Of a DNA stretch of 64,000 nucleotides, positions 18,773-27,079 are shown one piece after another. This stretch comes from a virus (taxonomy: Duplodnaviria; Heunggongvirae; Uroviricota; Caudoviricetes). The notes beneath the pieces were generated by a model. That model searched no databases. It had not been told where the DNA came from and was given only the letters and a program-made list of their open reading frames with translations. The DNA lies in the IMG/VR virus record IMGVR_UViG_3300009826_000019, positions 43,941 through 107,940 of that record; one strand, written 5' to 3'. Both the position numbers and the translations under genes were made by a program. Every line of letters starts with the position of its first letter. The first letter of the stretch is position 1.

Positions 18773-19069
18773 ATGGCAAAAGCAATAGAGTGTTTTGAGG
18801 TTATAGTAATTAACCAAAACGATGTTACGGATTGGGTTGAGGGTAATGATTTGGAATTTACCCCCGATGCAGCAGATATTGGTAACAACGAAATAATGGC
18901 AAACATAGCGCAGGGAATGGTGGAATACCTTGTTGAATGTGGTGCTTATGACGATGCTATGCGATTTGTTTTAACAAATATGGGTATCGTTAAGGAAGTT
19001 GAAGACATTGAAGACGATGTTTTTCTGAATGACAGTGATATTTTGGCGGGATTAATAGAAATTTTTTAA
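18773..19069 (+). CDS. hypothetical protein
   Basis: ORF track; element at 18713. Confidence 0.55.
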   Translation: MAKAIECFEVIVINQNDVTDWVEGNDLEFTPDAADIGNNEIMANIAQGMVEYLVECGAYDDAMRFVLTNMGIVKEVEDIEDDVFLNDSDILAGLIEIF

Positions 19070-19080
19070 TCATATACATA

Positions 19081-19130
19081 ATTGTATATATACAAAAACG
19101 TATATATACAATTTTGCATATATACAAAAA
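19081..19130 (+). promoter_or_regulatory. three TATATATACAA direct repeats (first is the palindrome TTGTATATATACAA) upstream of the DUF262 gene
   Basis: tgtatatatacaaaaacgtatatatacaattttgcatatatacaaaaatg. Confidence 0.45.
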
Positions 19131-19140
19131 TGAATACATA

Positions 19141-19680
19141 ATGAAAACTTTAGAACAATTAAGATTACATAACCCCTACGAAACGCGAGAGATGGGGTCT
19201 TCGCTGAAATATTTGAATAGGCGGTATCATGAGGGTAAAATTGATTTCAACGTTTATCTTACCTCAATAGACCAAAATTTACAACGCCCATTTGTTTGGA
19301 CACTGCATCAGAAGCAGGAGTTGGTGCGTTCAGTGTTTTATAGGCGACCGATTACCGATTTGACGATTATCAATCGTTTTGACGATACATTGGAAATAAT
19401 TGACGGAAAACAAAGATTACATAGTCTTTTGTTGTTTTTAAATAACGATTTCGGTTTGTGGTTTGACGAAAATGAATATCATAAATTTGAAACATTACCT
19501 CCCGATTATCAAAAGGAATTTGAAAATTATGTGGTACGTTATACTGAAATACTTGAATGGACAACCCCAATCCCCGATTTGTTTAAAATACAGTTTTTTA
19601 ATCAAATAAATTTTGCGGGTACTCCGCAGGATAGGGATCATATTAAGAGTTTAATGAAATTGTCAGGTACATCGGAATAA
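19141..19680 (+). CDS. DUF262 (ParB/GmrSD-N-like) domain protein
   Basis: QRPFVW...IIDGKQRLHSLLLFL matches the DUF262 DGQQR-type motif; unusual upstream region of three TATATATACAA repeats instead of the PeSL element. Confidence 0.55.
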   Translation: MKTLEQLRLHNPYETREMGSSLKYLNRRYHEGKIDFNVYLTSIDQNLQRPFVWTLHQKQELVRSVFYRRPITDLTIINRFDDTLEIIDGKQRLHSLLLFLNNDFGLWFDENEYHKFETLPPDYQKEFENYVVRYTEILEWTTPIPDLFKIQFFNQINFAGTPQDRDHIKSLMKLSGTSE

Positions 19681-19709
19681 TATCTGAATGTTATATTAAG
19701 GGTATAACG
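19670..19709 (+). promoter_or_regulatory. PeSL-like element P28
   Basis: Consensus copy; supplies the TSE* stop of 19141..19680. Confidence 0.55.
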
Positions 19710-19725
19710 ATTAAAAAACAATAAA

Positions 19726-20013
19726 ATGAATAATGAAATTGAAGTTGGTGATGTTGTAAAATACAAGTCCCGAAGCGAAGACAAGCAATTTGATATTGGA
19801 TTTGTTTTAAGTGTCTATGAGGGCGGGGATATAAAAATTGACGTTGATGGTATTATACCAACTAGCGATGTCGTAAAAGTGTACAAGGACAAAAATGGGT
19901 TTGGTTTAACTTTGAAAGTGTTGTATAACAAATGTATTGATATTAATATGCGACCTTTCAACATTTTTGATTTAATGGAAGATTACAAAGATTTTTTATA
20001 CAGACAAAAATAA
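19726..20013 (+). CDS. hypothetical protein, paralogue family B
   Basis: See 4459..4755; element at 19670. Confidence 0.6.
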   Translation: MNNEIEVGDVVKYKSRSEDKQFDIGFVLSVYEGGDIKIDVDGIIPTSDVVKVYKDKNGFGLTLKVLYNKCIDINMRPFNIFDLMEDYKDFLYRQK

Positions 20014-20021
20014 AAACTGAT

Positions 20022-20264
20022 ATGACAAAAGTAGATTATAAAGTACAAGGTGTACGCGGTGGTAATCCACAGTACAAAGAAAATGTTGGTTATGTGTCAA
20101 TTTTTGCTGACAATTTAACAATAACTGCCGATGCTTTTGAGGGTTTTGGTAGTGATTACAAAAGGCGTGAGCAAACGCAAATAACCATACAAACTAATGA
20201 AGACGGAATTTTGTTTGAGGGTAGTATAGACGACCTTCGGAAAATTCTGAAAACATCGGAATAA
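20022..20264 (+). CDS. hypothetical protein
   Basis: ORF track; ends ...KTSE* inside the element. Confidence 0.5.
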   Translation: MTKVDYKVQGVRGGNPQYKENVGYVSIFADNLTITADAFEGFGSDYKRREQTQITIQTNEDGILFEGSIDDLRKILKTSE

Positions 20265-20293
20265 TATCCTAATATTATATTAAGGGTACATTA
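20254..20293 (+). promoter_or_regulatory. PeSL-like element P29
   Basis: Consensus copy. Confidence 0.55.
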
Positions 20294-20324
20294 AAAGTAG
20301 TAACAAACATAAAAATAAATAAAA

Positions 20325-20627
20325 ATGAGTAGATTAAAGGTTTTTGTAGAAGTGGGTTATTATGAAATAACCATTCGCCCAATGAGAGAGGGTGATAAAC
20401 CATTATATTACGCGGGTGCTGGTGGTCTTTTTGAAAACCACAGAAACGCCTTTGTAAGTTTTGAAACCGCAATGCGCCATATTGATCGCAAAAAGTTTGA
20501 CGACCATTTTAGCGTACATAAAAGTTTTAAAGACGAATATTTGGATTTTTGTGGTAACAACATTTGTACCCCAATTTCCGAAGAGGATATACGTTGGAGT
20601 GATTGCGGCGAATGGATGCTTAATTGA
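20325..20627 (+). CDS. hypothetical protein
   Basis: ORF track; element at 20254. Confidence 0.55.
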   Translation: MSRLKVFVEVGYYEITIRPMREGDKPLYYAGAGGLFENHRNAFVSFETAMRHIDRKKFDDHFSVHKSFKDEYLDFCGNNICTPISEEDIRWSDCGEWMLN

Positions 20628-20855
20628 TTTAGGTACGAAAGAAAAAATAAAAAGAGTATATTTATAAAAGTATTAAGGGGGTTATTCACCTGAGCCGTTT
20701 CGGTTAATGTGTTAAAAGCACAACCCTAAGCTAGGCCACCTTCGGGTATTGGGTTATGTGACTATCCCACACGTAAAACCCCTTTGGAAACTTGTGGCGA
20801 ATACTCCACCATTGAGCGTTAAGTTATTATAGTTATAGACGCTCTTTTTTTATTG

Positions 20856-20869
20856 TACTCAAATGAGTA
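20856..20869 (+). promoter_or_regulatory. TACTCAAATGAGTA motif
   Basis: After structured GC-rich region 20690..20830. Confidence 0.5.
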
Positions 20870-20892
20870 TTAATCATTAACAAATAACAGTA

Positions 20893-21111
20893 ATGCAATA
20901 TAGAGGACAAAATATAGATATTGATACCGACAAATTGTGTGTATTAAAAGAGAATAACGAATTTGTTATCGGTTATTATGGTGCGGGTAGTATCTTTGTT
21001 ACGATTGATAAAACAGAAAGTTTTGAGGAGGCGGATGCTATTTTTGATTTACTTTACGATGGTTTACTTCAAGAAGAAGAATTTGAACGGAAAGTATTTG
21101 CATCGGAATAA
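20893..21111 (+). CDS. hypothetical protein, paralogue family C
   Basis: See 11112..11345. Confidence 0.55.
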   Translation: MQYRGQNIDIDTDKLCVLKENNEFVIGYYGAGSIFVTIDKTESFEEADAIFDLLYDGLLQEEEFERKVFASE

Positions 21112-21140
21112 TATTTTACTTTTATATTAAGAGCATAACA
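21101..21140 (+). promoter_or_regulatory. PeSL-like element P30
   Basis: Consensus copy. Confidence 0.55.
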
Positions 21141-21155
21141 AATAACATAACACAA

Positions 21156-21470
21156 ATGAAAACAACAGAGTTTGATATTTTAATCAATGATGACAATACT
21201 TTTTTAGCAGTAAAAAATGAGGTTGGCAACATAATAAAAAATAATCGTTTAATAGACGATAGAATTAACCAACTAAAAGAGTTGGGAATAAATTGTATAA
21301 ACAGGGCGGTTGGTTCGGGTGGTGTTGGTACTGTTCGTATTCAACGTAATGGAGTTGTAACAATGCAAATTAGTTACGGAAAATCAAATTGGAATTACGC
21401 TTGGTTGGCAGAAATTGGTTATTTTCGTAAAAACGAAAACAATCCTATTCAACGCACGTATTTTCTTTAA
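21156..21470 (+). CDS. hypothetical protein
   Basis: ORF track; element at 21101. Confidence 0.55.
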   Translation: MKTTEFDILINDDNTFLAVKNEVGNIIKNNRLIDDRINQLKELGINCINRAVGSGGVGTVRIQRNGVVTMQISYGKSNWNYAWLAEIGYFRKNENNPIQRTYFL

Positions 21471-21479
21471 AAATAATAT

Positions 21480-21642
21480 GGGAGTAGTGGCGGAGTTGGT
21501 TTAACGCAGGGGGCGATAAGGGAAAGCGAATGTCTGATAAGAAGTTGGAATAGCAATGCGAACCGTAAAACCCGAAACCCCACGATAACAACTAATTCGA
21601 CTTGTATGTTATCTCGTAGGTTCAAATCCTACCTATTCCCCT
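21480..21642 (+). ncRNA. aberrant tRNA-like element (~160 nt)
   Basis: Acceptor-like GGAGTAG...CTATTCC pairing; D-loop-like AGTTGGTTTAA; perfect T-arm GTAGG-TTCAAAT-CCTAC; ~85 nt inserted where the anticodon arm should be. Confidence 0.4.
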
Positions 21643-21654
21643 AATAAACAAACA

Positions 21655-21834
21655 ATGGATAATACTGAATGGAATCCTGGATATTCTCCTTGTTCAAATT
21701 GTTCGGAAACATATCGAAAAAGACCTCGTTGTAAAAAATTGGGGTGTCCTGTTTATGTGGAAATTGAACGTAAAGCAGATGATTTACTTGAAAAATACTC
21801 AAATGAGTATAGTATTAAAAGAAGATCGGAATAA
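21655..21834 (+). CDS. small Cys-rich (zinc-ribbon-like) protein, 59 aa
   Basis: Manual ORF; CSNCSE...CKKLGC; the stop is supplied by the next PeSL-like element (RSE*). Confidence 0.4.
   Translation: MDNTEWNPGYSPCSNCSETYRKRPRCKKLGCPVYVEIERKADDLLEKYSNEYSIKRRSE
21796..21809 (+). promoter_or_regulatory. TACTCAAATGAGTA motif
   Basis: Inside small ORF 21655..21834, where it encodes YSNEY. Confidence 0.5.
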
Positions 21835-21863
21835 TATTGTATTTTTATATTAAGAACATAACA
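21824..21863 (+). promoter_or_regulatory. PeSL-like element P31
   Basis: GATCGGAATAATATTGTATTTTTATATTAAGAACATAAC. Confidence 0.5.
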
Positions 21864-21881
21864 AAAATAATAATAATAAAA

Positions 21882-22103
21882 ATGGCAACAAAAATAGGAC
21901 AAACATTAGCAAACGCATCAAATAGACTTTTTGAATTGAGGTCTGATCGTATGTATTATGTGTGTGAACAAAGAAAGCAAATATACGCTGCATGGGCTAA
22001 TATGTATGCAGTAAAAATTGCGCTATGTGATCAAAACATATCATGGTATCAAAATACATTTAATAACCTTATAACAAGAGTAAGAAATGGAAAAACAGTT
22101 TAA
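21882..22103 (+). CDS. hypothetical protein (start moved downstream of the element)
   Basis: ORF 21837..22103 begins inside the element; ATG at 21882. Confidence 0.5.
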   Translation: MATKIGQTLANASNRLFELRSDRMYYVCEQRKQIYAAWANMYAVKIALCDQNISWYQNTFNNLITRVRNGKTV

Positions 22104-22623
22104 TTTCAAATTGGTAGAAAAGGATGGTATCCTTAGAAAAACCCTAAAAGTTAATGTGGAATTAGGTGGCGACGATACTGATCAACCACGTTTTTCGGCA
22201 AGTGGTTCTATACCACGAGTAACAGCAGGACAAATTTTGGACAGAGTAACTGACCACTATAATTTTCTCAACAAAAAAGATGGGGAAAAGTTTAATGTAA
22301 TTCGGTCTTTGTGGGAAAAATATCATTTGAACGATATGAACGCAGGAACTTTGAAACAGGAGGAGGCGTTAATAGTAGAATTTGGTAATACCCATGCAAA
22401 CGATTTTATGACACACTGTGAATATTTGAAATCCATTGGTTTGTATGAAGACGAAGGGTATAAATATGGGTCGGGTTGGTTGTATCGTGCAATTCCCGAA
22501 GATGATTTGAACGTTATTAAGGCGTTGATAACTTCCACTTCAAGACAAATATCGGAATCAATGGTTGAATATATGCAACGTCAAGGGGTTTCGGTTAATC
22601 ACGAAAACACAGATACAATATGA
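22087..22623 (+). CDS. hypothetical protein (178 aa)
   Basis: ORF track. Confidence 0.55.
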   Translation: MEKQFNFKLVEKDGILRKTLKVNVELGGDDTDQPRFSASGSIPRVTAGQILDRVTDHYNFLNKKDGEKFNVIRSLWEKYHLNDMNAGTLKQEEALIVEFGNTHANDFMTHCEYLKSIGLYEDEGYKYGSGWLYRAIPEDDLNVIKALITSTSRQISESMVEYMQRQGVSVNHENTDTI

Positions 22624-22814
22624 TAACCCTAAAAACAAAACTTATAAAGGGGGAAAAATACCTACTCGATGAAGGAACCACTTGTCAGAATAAGGTTATT
22701 TTGCTTGAATTTGGTAGAATTTACGGATTAGTTACCCCCGCTTCGCCAACTATGTATGCGGCAAATAGGGATACTTGGGAGGTGATGTTGAACCGATTAA
22801 CAAGGGTAATTTGA
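22620..22814 (+). CDS. hypothetical protein
   Basis: ORF track. Confidence 0.45.
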   Translation: MITLKTKLIKGEKYLLDEGTTCQNKVILLEFGRIYGLVTPASPTMYAANRDTWEVMLNRLTRVI

Positions 22815-22819
22815 TTAAG

Positions 22820-22859
22820 GATCGGATTACCTTTTTACATTTATATTAAGGGTATAGAA
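22820..22859 (+). promoter_or_regulatory. PeSL-like element P32 (variant)
   Basis: GATCGGATTACCTTTTTACATTTATATTAAGGGTATAGA. Confidence 0.45.
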
Positions 22860-22861
22860 AA

Positions 22862-22897
<36 letters not shown>

Positions 22898-22899
22898 CA

Positions 22900-23628
22900 A
22901 TGAAACAGTATACGGATTTTTATAAAACAATGATTGGAAATACCCAATTTGAAGAAATATTGGCGAACACAACATTTGGTGGTTCTACTGCAATAGATAA
23001 TTTGCATAAAATTTGTATGGAGTATGTTCTCGGACAAACACAAAGTCCTAAAGAGGTTGTGTATTGGAAAAAGGGTGGACCTAAAAACATAGAATTTCGC
23101 CCCGCTTATTTAAGTGAGGAGTACCGTAAAAAATGGAATGTGTCTAAAAGTTTGAAATATCTTGAAATATGGATGGATGGTCGTAAAATTGACAACAAGT
23201 TATACCGTTTTGGTTGGAATGATGAGTGGAGTGAGGGGTATATCTCTATACTTCAAGCAAGGGAAGCGTATTACGAATCTCATATTACAAAAAAAATAAA
23301 GGAACAACGTCATTTGGCTGAACACAAAACTATATTGAACGATCAAGGTAAAATTGTGTTTGTTAATGAAGAAAACTATCTTCGAGATGAACTATCACAA
23401 GTAAAGGGGTTTATTTGGAAACGTGGTAAAACGGTATTTAATATCGAAACCAACTTTATTTACACAAATTTCGGCGACAAATTTTTTACCAGCGATAGAT
23501 ATGCGTTTATTGAAATTGCGTATGCAGGTAACAAATATAACAACTCGGAAAACGAAGAAAATGGTGTTTTACAAATAGACTGTGTGTCGGGTGGTTCAAC
23601 GTTGTTTGTTCGGTCGGGGCGTAGATAA
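22900..23628 (+). CDS. hypothetical protein (242 aa)
   Basis: ORF track; variant element at 22820. Confidence 0.6.
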   Translation: MKQYTDFYKTMIGNTQFEEILANTTFGGSTAIDNLHKICMEYVLGQTQSPKEVVYWKKGGPKNIEFRPAYLSEEYRKKWNVSKSLKYLEIWMDGRKIDNKLYRFGWNDEWSEGYISILQAREAYYESHITKKIKEQRHLAEHKTILNDQGKIVFVNEENYLRDELSQVKGFIWKRGKTVFNIETNFIYTNFGDKFFTSDRYAFIEIAYAGNKYNNSENEENGVLQIDCVSGGSTLFVRSGRR

Positions 23629-23631
23629 CAA

Positions 23632-23645
23632 TACTCAAATGAGTA
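23632..23645 (+). promoter_or_regulatory. TACTCAAATGAGTA motif
   Basis: Three nt after the stop of 22900..23628. Confidence 0.5.
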
Positions 23646-23660
23646 TAAATACCCAATAAA

Positions 23661-23927
23661 ATGGTTGAGAAAGAAATAAAATGGATTGAAGTAAAAGATG
23701 GTGAGGGGTTTTTTAATAAACCCCCACACACTTTAGGTGTTTGTAAAAAATGTGGTGAGTCTGCGTGGATTATAAATGCTTGGGTTGAAGGTGCTGACCC
23801 CTGTACAAAATGTGGTGGGGTTATGGAACTTAAAAATGTTTTCGGTGGTAAATGTGATACTGCCATAAAAATACTTACAAATGGTTGCTTCGGAAGCCCA
23901 TTTATTATAAACAAAAATAAAATTTAA
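23661..23927 (+). CDS. zinc-ribbon protein (CKKCG...CTKCGG)
   Basis: ORF track. Confidence 0.5.
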   Translation: MVEKEIKWIEVKDGEGFFNKPPHTLGVCKKCGESAWIINAWVEGADPCTKCGGVMELKNVFGGKCDTAIKILTNGCFGSPFIINKNKI

Positions 23928-23933
23928 AATAAT

Positions 23934-24077
23934 ATGAAAATAGTAGAATGGATAGACAGTAGTATTACCTTATTTCCAGGTAATAATTGGATTTTAATAA
24001 CCCTTGCAGTATGGTTAGTCATTAGAGGAATATTATCCCTGTGGGGATACGCAAAACTCGTTAAAAAAATAAGATAA
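23934..24077 (+). CDS. small membrane protein (47 aa)
   Basis: Manual ORF; hydrophobic core WILITLAVWLVIRGIL. Confidence 0.35.
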   Translation: MKIVEWIDSSITLFPGNNWILITLAVWLVIRGILSLWGYAKLVKKIR

Positions 24078-24078
24078 A

Positions 24079-24249
24079 ATGACAACAGAAGAAATTAAAA
24101 AATGGTTGCAATCGGAAATTGATTTGATTGAAAAGGATTGGGATCAATTTCCACCACAATATTGTGGGGCTGTTGAAGCAGCGATTCAAACACGAGAAAA
24201 AGATGCTAAAATTGAATTATTGTATAGATTAATAAGTAATTTGGAGTAA
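24079..24249 (+). CDS. hypothetical small protein
   Basis: Manual ORF. Confidence 0.35.
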   Translation: MTTEEIKKWLQSEIDLIEKDWDQFPPQYCGAVEAAIQTREKDAKIELLYRLISNLE

Positions 24250-24250
24250 A

Positions 24251-24469
24251 ATGACAAAAAAACAAAGAGAATATAGCGAAGCTCGTGCTATCGGACAATA
24301 TGGTCTGAATAAAAGAGATTACTTTGCCGCATTAGCAATGCAGGGGATGATAGCAAACCCAACTTATCTTCACCCCACTATACTTGCAGAAAGAAGTGTT
24401 GAATACGCTGATGCTGTGATAAAAAGATTAGTAGAAACCGAACCATTCCCGATATATGATGAAGATTAA
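24251..24469 (+). CDS. hypothetical protein
   Basis: ORF track. Confidence 0.5.
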   Translation: MTKKQREYSEARAIGQYGLNKRDYFAALAMQGMIANPTYLHPTILAERSVEYADAVIKRLVETEPFPIYDED

Positions 24470-24737
24470 AAAACATTTATACGTAAAATACGGTCTTATA
24501 ACCTTTAAAGACGTTATGCGCATGTTATTTGGTGTGAAAAAGTATTTCTATTTGGAACCCTTCATATACATTAATGGTTGGGGGAAACCCTGTGAAACTC
24601 ACGAAATGAGTAGCGTGGTGCGTTGGTTGGATAAGAAAACTGTTTCTGAATACAGCGAAGTACGTGCTATGAGGTATTGGAATAATATTTTAACGGAAAA
24701 ATACAAACTCCAAAATTCAGCAATATATTATTTTTAA
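24456..24737 (+). CDS. hypothetical protein
   Basis: ORF track. Confidence 0.45.
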   Translation: MMKIKKHLYVKYGLITFKDVMRMLFGVKKYFYLEPFIYINGWGKPCETHEMSSVVRWLDKKTVSEYSEVRAMRYWNNILTEKYKLQNSAIYYF

Positions 24738-24805
24738 ATCATAATGTATAATATCCCGAACATTATCCTAATACAATGTTTAATATTTTGAACATTGTAT
24801 TGTAG

Positions 24806-24845
24806 GATCGGATTATGATATTAGAATTATATTTTGGTTTAAACT
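24806..24845 (+). promoter_or_regulatory. PeSL-like element P33 (variant)
   Basis: GATCGGATTATGATATTAGAATTATATTTTGG. Confidence 0.4.
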
Positions 24846-24861
24846 AAAAAAACAATTAAAA

Positions 24862-25437
24862 ATGAAATCTGAATATAAGTTATCAAAGGATGCGCGAACG
24901 CGTCATGTAAATAGTAAGGAACCTGATTTTTTACCTTATTCGACTTTGTGTGTAAAACCAAGTGAATATTGGCATAAAACCGTTCAAATGGAGGGGTTTG
25001 CTGAACAAATAGAAAATATGTGGAATAGCGAAAATAGTAGTTATACGGAGTTTATCCTAAAATTACCTATGCGTTTTCCGTATCGAATGATGCCCACAAT
25101 AATAAGGGTACATAAAGTTTTCGGTATTGTTAGGGGGGAAGATATTTTTACTAACCGTAAAGTAAATCATTTGGAAGTTGAAATTTTGTTTGACTGCGCT
25201 GTTACAAGTGTTGTTCGCTTTTCAATTCACATGTACGATTTAAAGGGAAATTTGAATACACGCGAACTCCTCGAATTGTATATTACAATGGGGTTTGAAC
25301 AATTTAACAATATATGGGAAGAAACAAATAAACACTTAAACAACGATTATCAAACCGCTCGTAGAGGTGGTAATGCTATCACAGACGTAAATTACACTAA
25401 AGAGGAATTATTGGTGTTACTCAAAGAGTATTTGTAG
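24862..25437 (+). CDS. hypothetical protein (191 aa)
   Basis: ORF track; variant element at 24806. Confidence 0.55.
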   Translation: MKSEYKLSKDARTRHVNSKEPDFLPYSTLCVKPSEYWHKTVQMEGFAEQIENMWNSENSSYTEFILKLPMRFPYRMMPTIIRVHKVFGIVRGEDIFTNRKVNHLEVEILFDCAVTSVVRFSIHMYDLKGNLNTRELLELYITMGFEQFNNIWEETNKHLNNDYQTARRGGNAITDVNYTKEELLVLLKEYL

Positions 25438-25491
25438 ATTGGATAAAAAAGTTGTTAATTTATTAGACAGTAAAAATTTTAATTAAAATAA

Positions 25492-25662
25492 ATGCAAATG
25501 GATAATATGTTCAAAGTAGTGGCAGTAGAGGATGACGGTAAGGTTAATAACCACTATTATCCCACGTTAAAAACAGCGATAAATGCTGCTGACGCAATTA
25601 GCGAGTTCTTTTCAGATGCTGTCGAGGTATTTGATAAAGAAGGCAAGCGTGTTCATTATTAG
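25492..25662 (+). CDS. hypothetical small protein
   Basis: Manual ORF followed by terminator hairpin 25673..25698. Confidence 0.35.
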   Translation: MQMDNMFKVVAVEDDGKVNNHYYPTLKTAINAADAISEFFSDAVEVFDKEGKRVHY

Positions 25663-25672
25663 TGATGGTACA

Positions 25673-25704
25673 TCCACCCGATTAAGTTTGGGTGGGTGTT
25701 TTTT
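25673..25704 (+). terminator. rho-independent terminator
   Basis: ATCCACCCG-ATTAAGTTT-GGGTGGGTG followed by T6. Confidence 0.65.
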
Positions 25705-25722
25705 CCATTAAATTCCGAATAG

Positions 25723-25762
25723 CATCGGAATAATATTATAAGATTATATTAGATAACAGTAT
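25723..25762 (+). promoter_or_regulatory. PeSL-like element P34 with flanking 7-bp inverted repeat ATTCCGA/TCGGAAT
   Basis: Last + strand copy. Confidence 0.5.
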
Positions 25763-25778
25763 TAACAAAAAAATAAGA

Positions 25779-26210
25779 ATGGTTAAGAGAAGCGTAAAAG
25801 AAATATTAGATAATTTATTGGCAGAAACTCGATTTGAGTTTGCTGTGCTTCATTATTCTGACGGCTGCGGTTATGTGCAGTGTGCAAAATTCGGGGCAGT
25901 AAATGTGGTGGCAACAAAAGACGGTAACATTGAAGTTGTCGTTGATAAACCATGCTCCAGGATAGGCGACAACGATTTATTAATAAATCAGTTGTTCGCT
26001 TTTTTTGCGTTGAAATATCCTGAATACAAAGGTCATGTTGGTATGGGTTTTCACTCACAAAAAGGGGTTATAACCCTGAAAGTACCTGAAAAAGCAAAAA
26101 TAAACAACATAGTTAGAATACTCCGAGAGAGTTTTGACGACAAAATAGATGGTTATTGTTGGAAGACCGAATATTTGGAGTTGGTGGCAAAAAGAATATT
26201 AAACAGTTAG
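25779..26210 (+). CDS. hypothetical protein
   Basis: ORF track; element at 25723. Confidence 0.6.
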   Translation: MVKRSVKEILDNLLAETRFEFAVLHYSDGCGYVQCAKFGAVNVVATKDGNIEVVVDKPCSRIGDNDLLINQLFAFFALKYPEYKGHVGMGFHSQKGVITLKVPEKAKINNIVRILRESFDDKIDGYCWKTEYLELVAKRILNS

Positions 26211-26212
26211 AT

Positions 26213-26452
26213 ATGCACTATTTTTGTATTAATGATACGTTGTATCGAATGACCGAAAAAAACTTTAAACGGTTATGTAAGAAATATCCTATGAAAAAGT
26301 ATCCGAATGATTATGAAACGGAACAATCATATATTCATAAAATAGGACAAGCCACTAGGTTTGATGAAGGTTCTACTCATGAGGAATGTTTAGATTGGAT
26401 TATTGATAATTCAAAATTAGTGAATCAAGTTGTTCATGTTCATAATTATTAA
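26213..26452 (+). CDS. hypothetical protein (start moved to the first ATG after the upstream stop)
   Basis: ORF 26156..26452 overlaps the upstream gene; in-frame ATG at 26213. Confidence 0.5.
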   Translation: MHYFCINDTLYRMTEKNFKRLCKKYPMKKYPNDYETEQSYIHKIGQATRFDEGSTHEECLDWIIDNSKLVNQVVHVHNY

Positions 26453-26469
26453 TTTAAAACCAAAATAAT

Positions 26470-26688
26470 ATGCCGATAGTTGAACAAGCACCATTAGTAG
26501 TGTGTGATATATGTGAAAAAAAGGAAGTGATGACGACTAATTCCTATATGTATCAATTTTGGAAAATAAGTCTGAAACAAATGTATTGTTCGGGAAAAAC
26601 CCGACAGTATCATAATGACGAATGGGGTATTCAAAAGGATTATATCCTGTGTACCGATTGTAAAAACAAACTAATAAATTTGAAGTAA
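26470..26688 (+). CDS. hypothetical Cys-rich protein
   Basis: ORF track. Confidence 0.5.
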   Translation: MPIVEQAPLVVCDICEKKEVMTTNSYMYQFWKISLKQMYCSGKTRQYHNDEWGIQKDYILCTDCKNKLINLK

Positions 26689-26854
26689 TGGATACAAAAA
26701 ATTTGTTTTCATCAACTAGTTTTTTGGTGTGTGGAATTACCAACACAGTGTTTCTACATTTAACACAACAATTTTTCTTTGTTGGTGTTGTTGCGTTTTT
26801 TCTATTGATGCTTTATCTCCAAGTACATTTTAAGAATAAACCTTGATTGTACTA

Positions 26855-26868
26855 TACTCAAATGAGTA
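26855..26868 (+). promoter_or_regulatory. TACTCAAATGAGTA motif
   Basis: At the 5' end of 26862..27068. Confidence 0.5.
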
Positions 26869-27068
26869 CATATATGAAGTTAGAAAACATAGAAACAGAA
26901 AAATATAAAGTAAAGAAACTCGGTCGAAACGAAGCATGTATCGGTGGATTACTTGTTAAAGTTGTTGAGAATAAAATCTCACCAACCAACACTTTTAAAG
27001 ACGCTGAAATTGGTTCGGTACTTGACCTATGGGGTAAATTGAACGGAGTAAGATTAATTTTAACATAA
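26862..27068 (+). CDS. hypothetical protein (start uncertain: 26862 or 26874)
   Basis: The ORF track begins at a TTG at 26847; the first ATG lies inside the TACTCAAATGAGTA motif. Confidence 0.4.
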   Translation: MSTYMKLENIETEKYKVKKLGRNEACIGGLLVKVVENKISPTNTFKDAEIGSVLDLWGKLNGVRLILT

Positions 27069-27079
27069 AAATAAAGAAA

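Noticed and set aside
21480-21642. Group I intron within a tRNA
   Set aside because: The insertion is only ~85 nt and lacks obvious P/Q/R/S cores. It is kept as an aberrant tRNA-like element without claiming an intron.
26847-26874. ORF start at 26847 (a TTG) and the idea that the ATG inside TACTCAAATGAGTA is a general start codon
   Set aside because: 26847 is a TTG. In the other ten motif copies the embedded ATG is followed within 2-7 codons by a stop, so the motif is not a start site.
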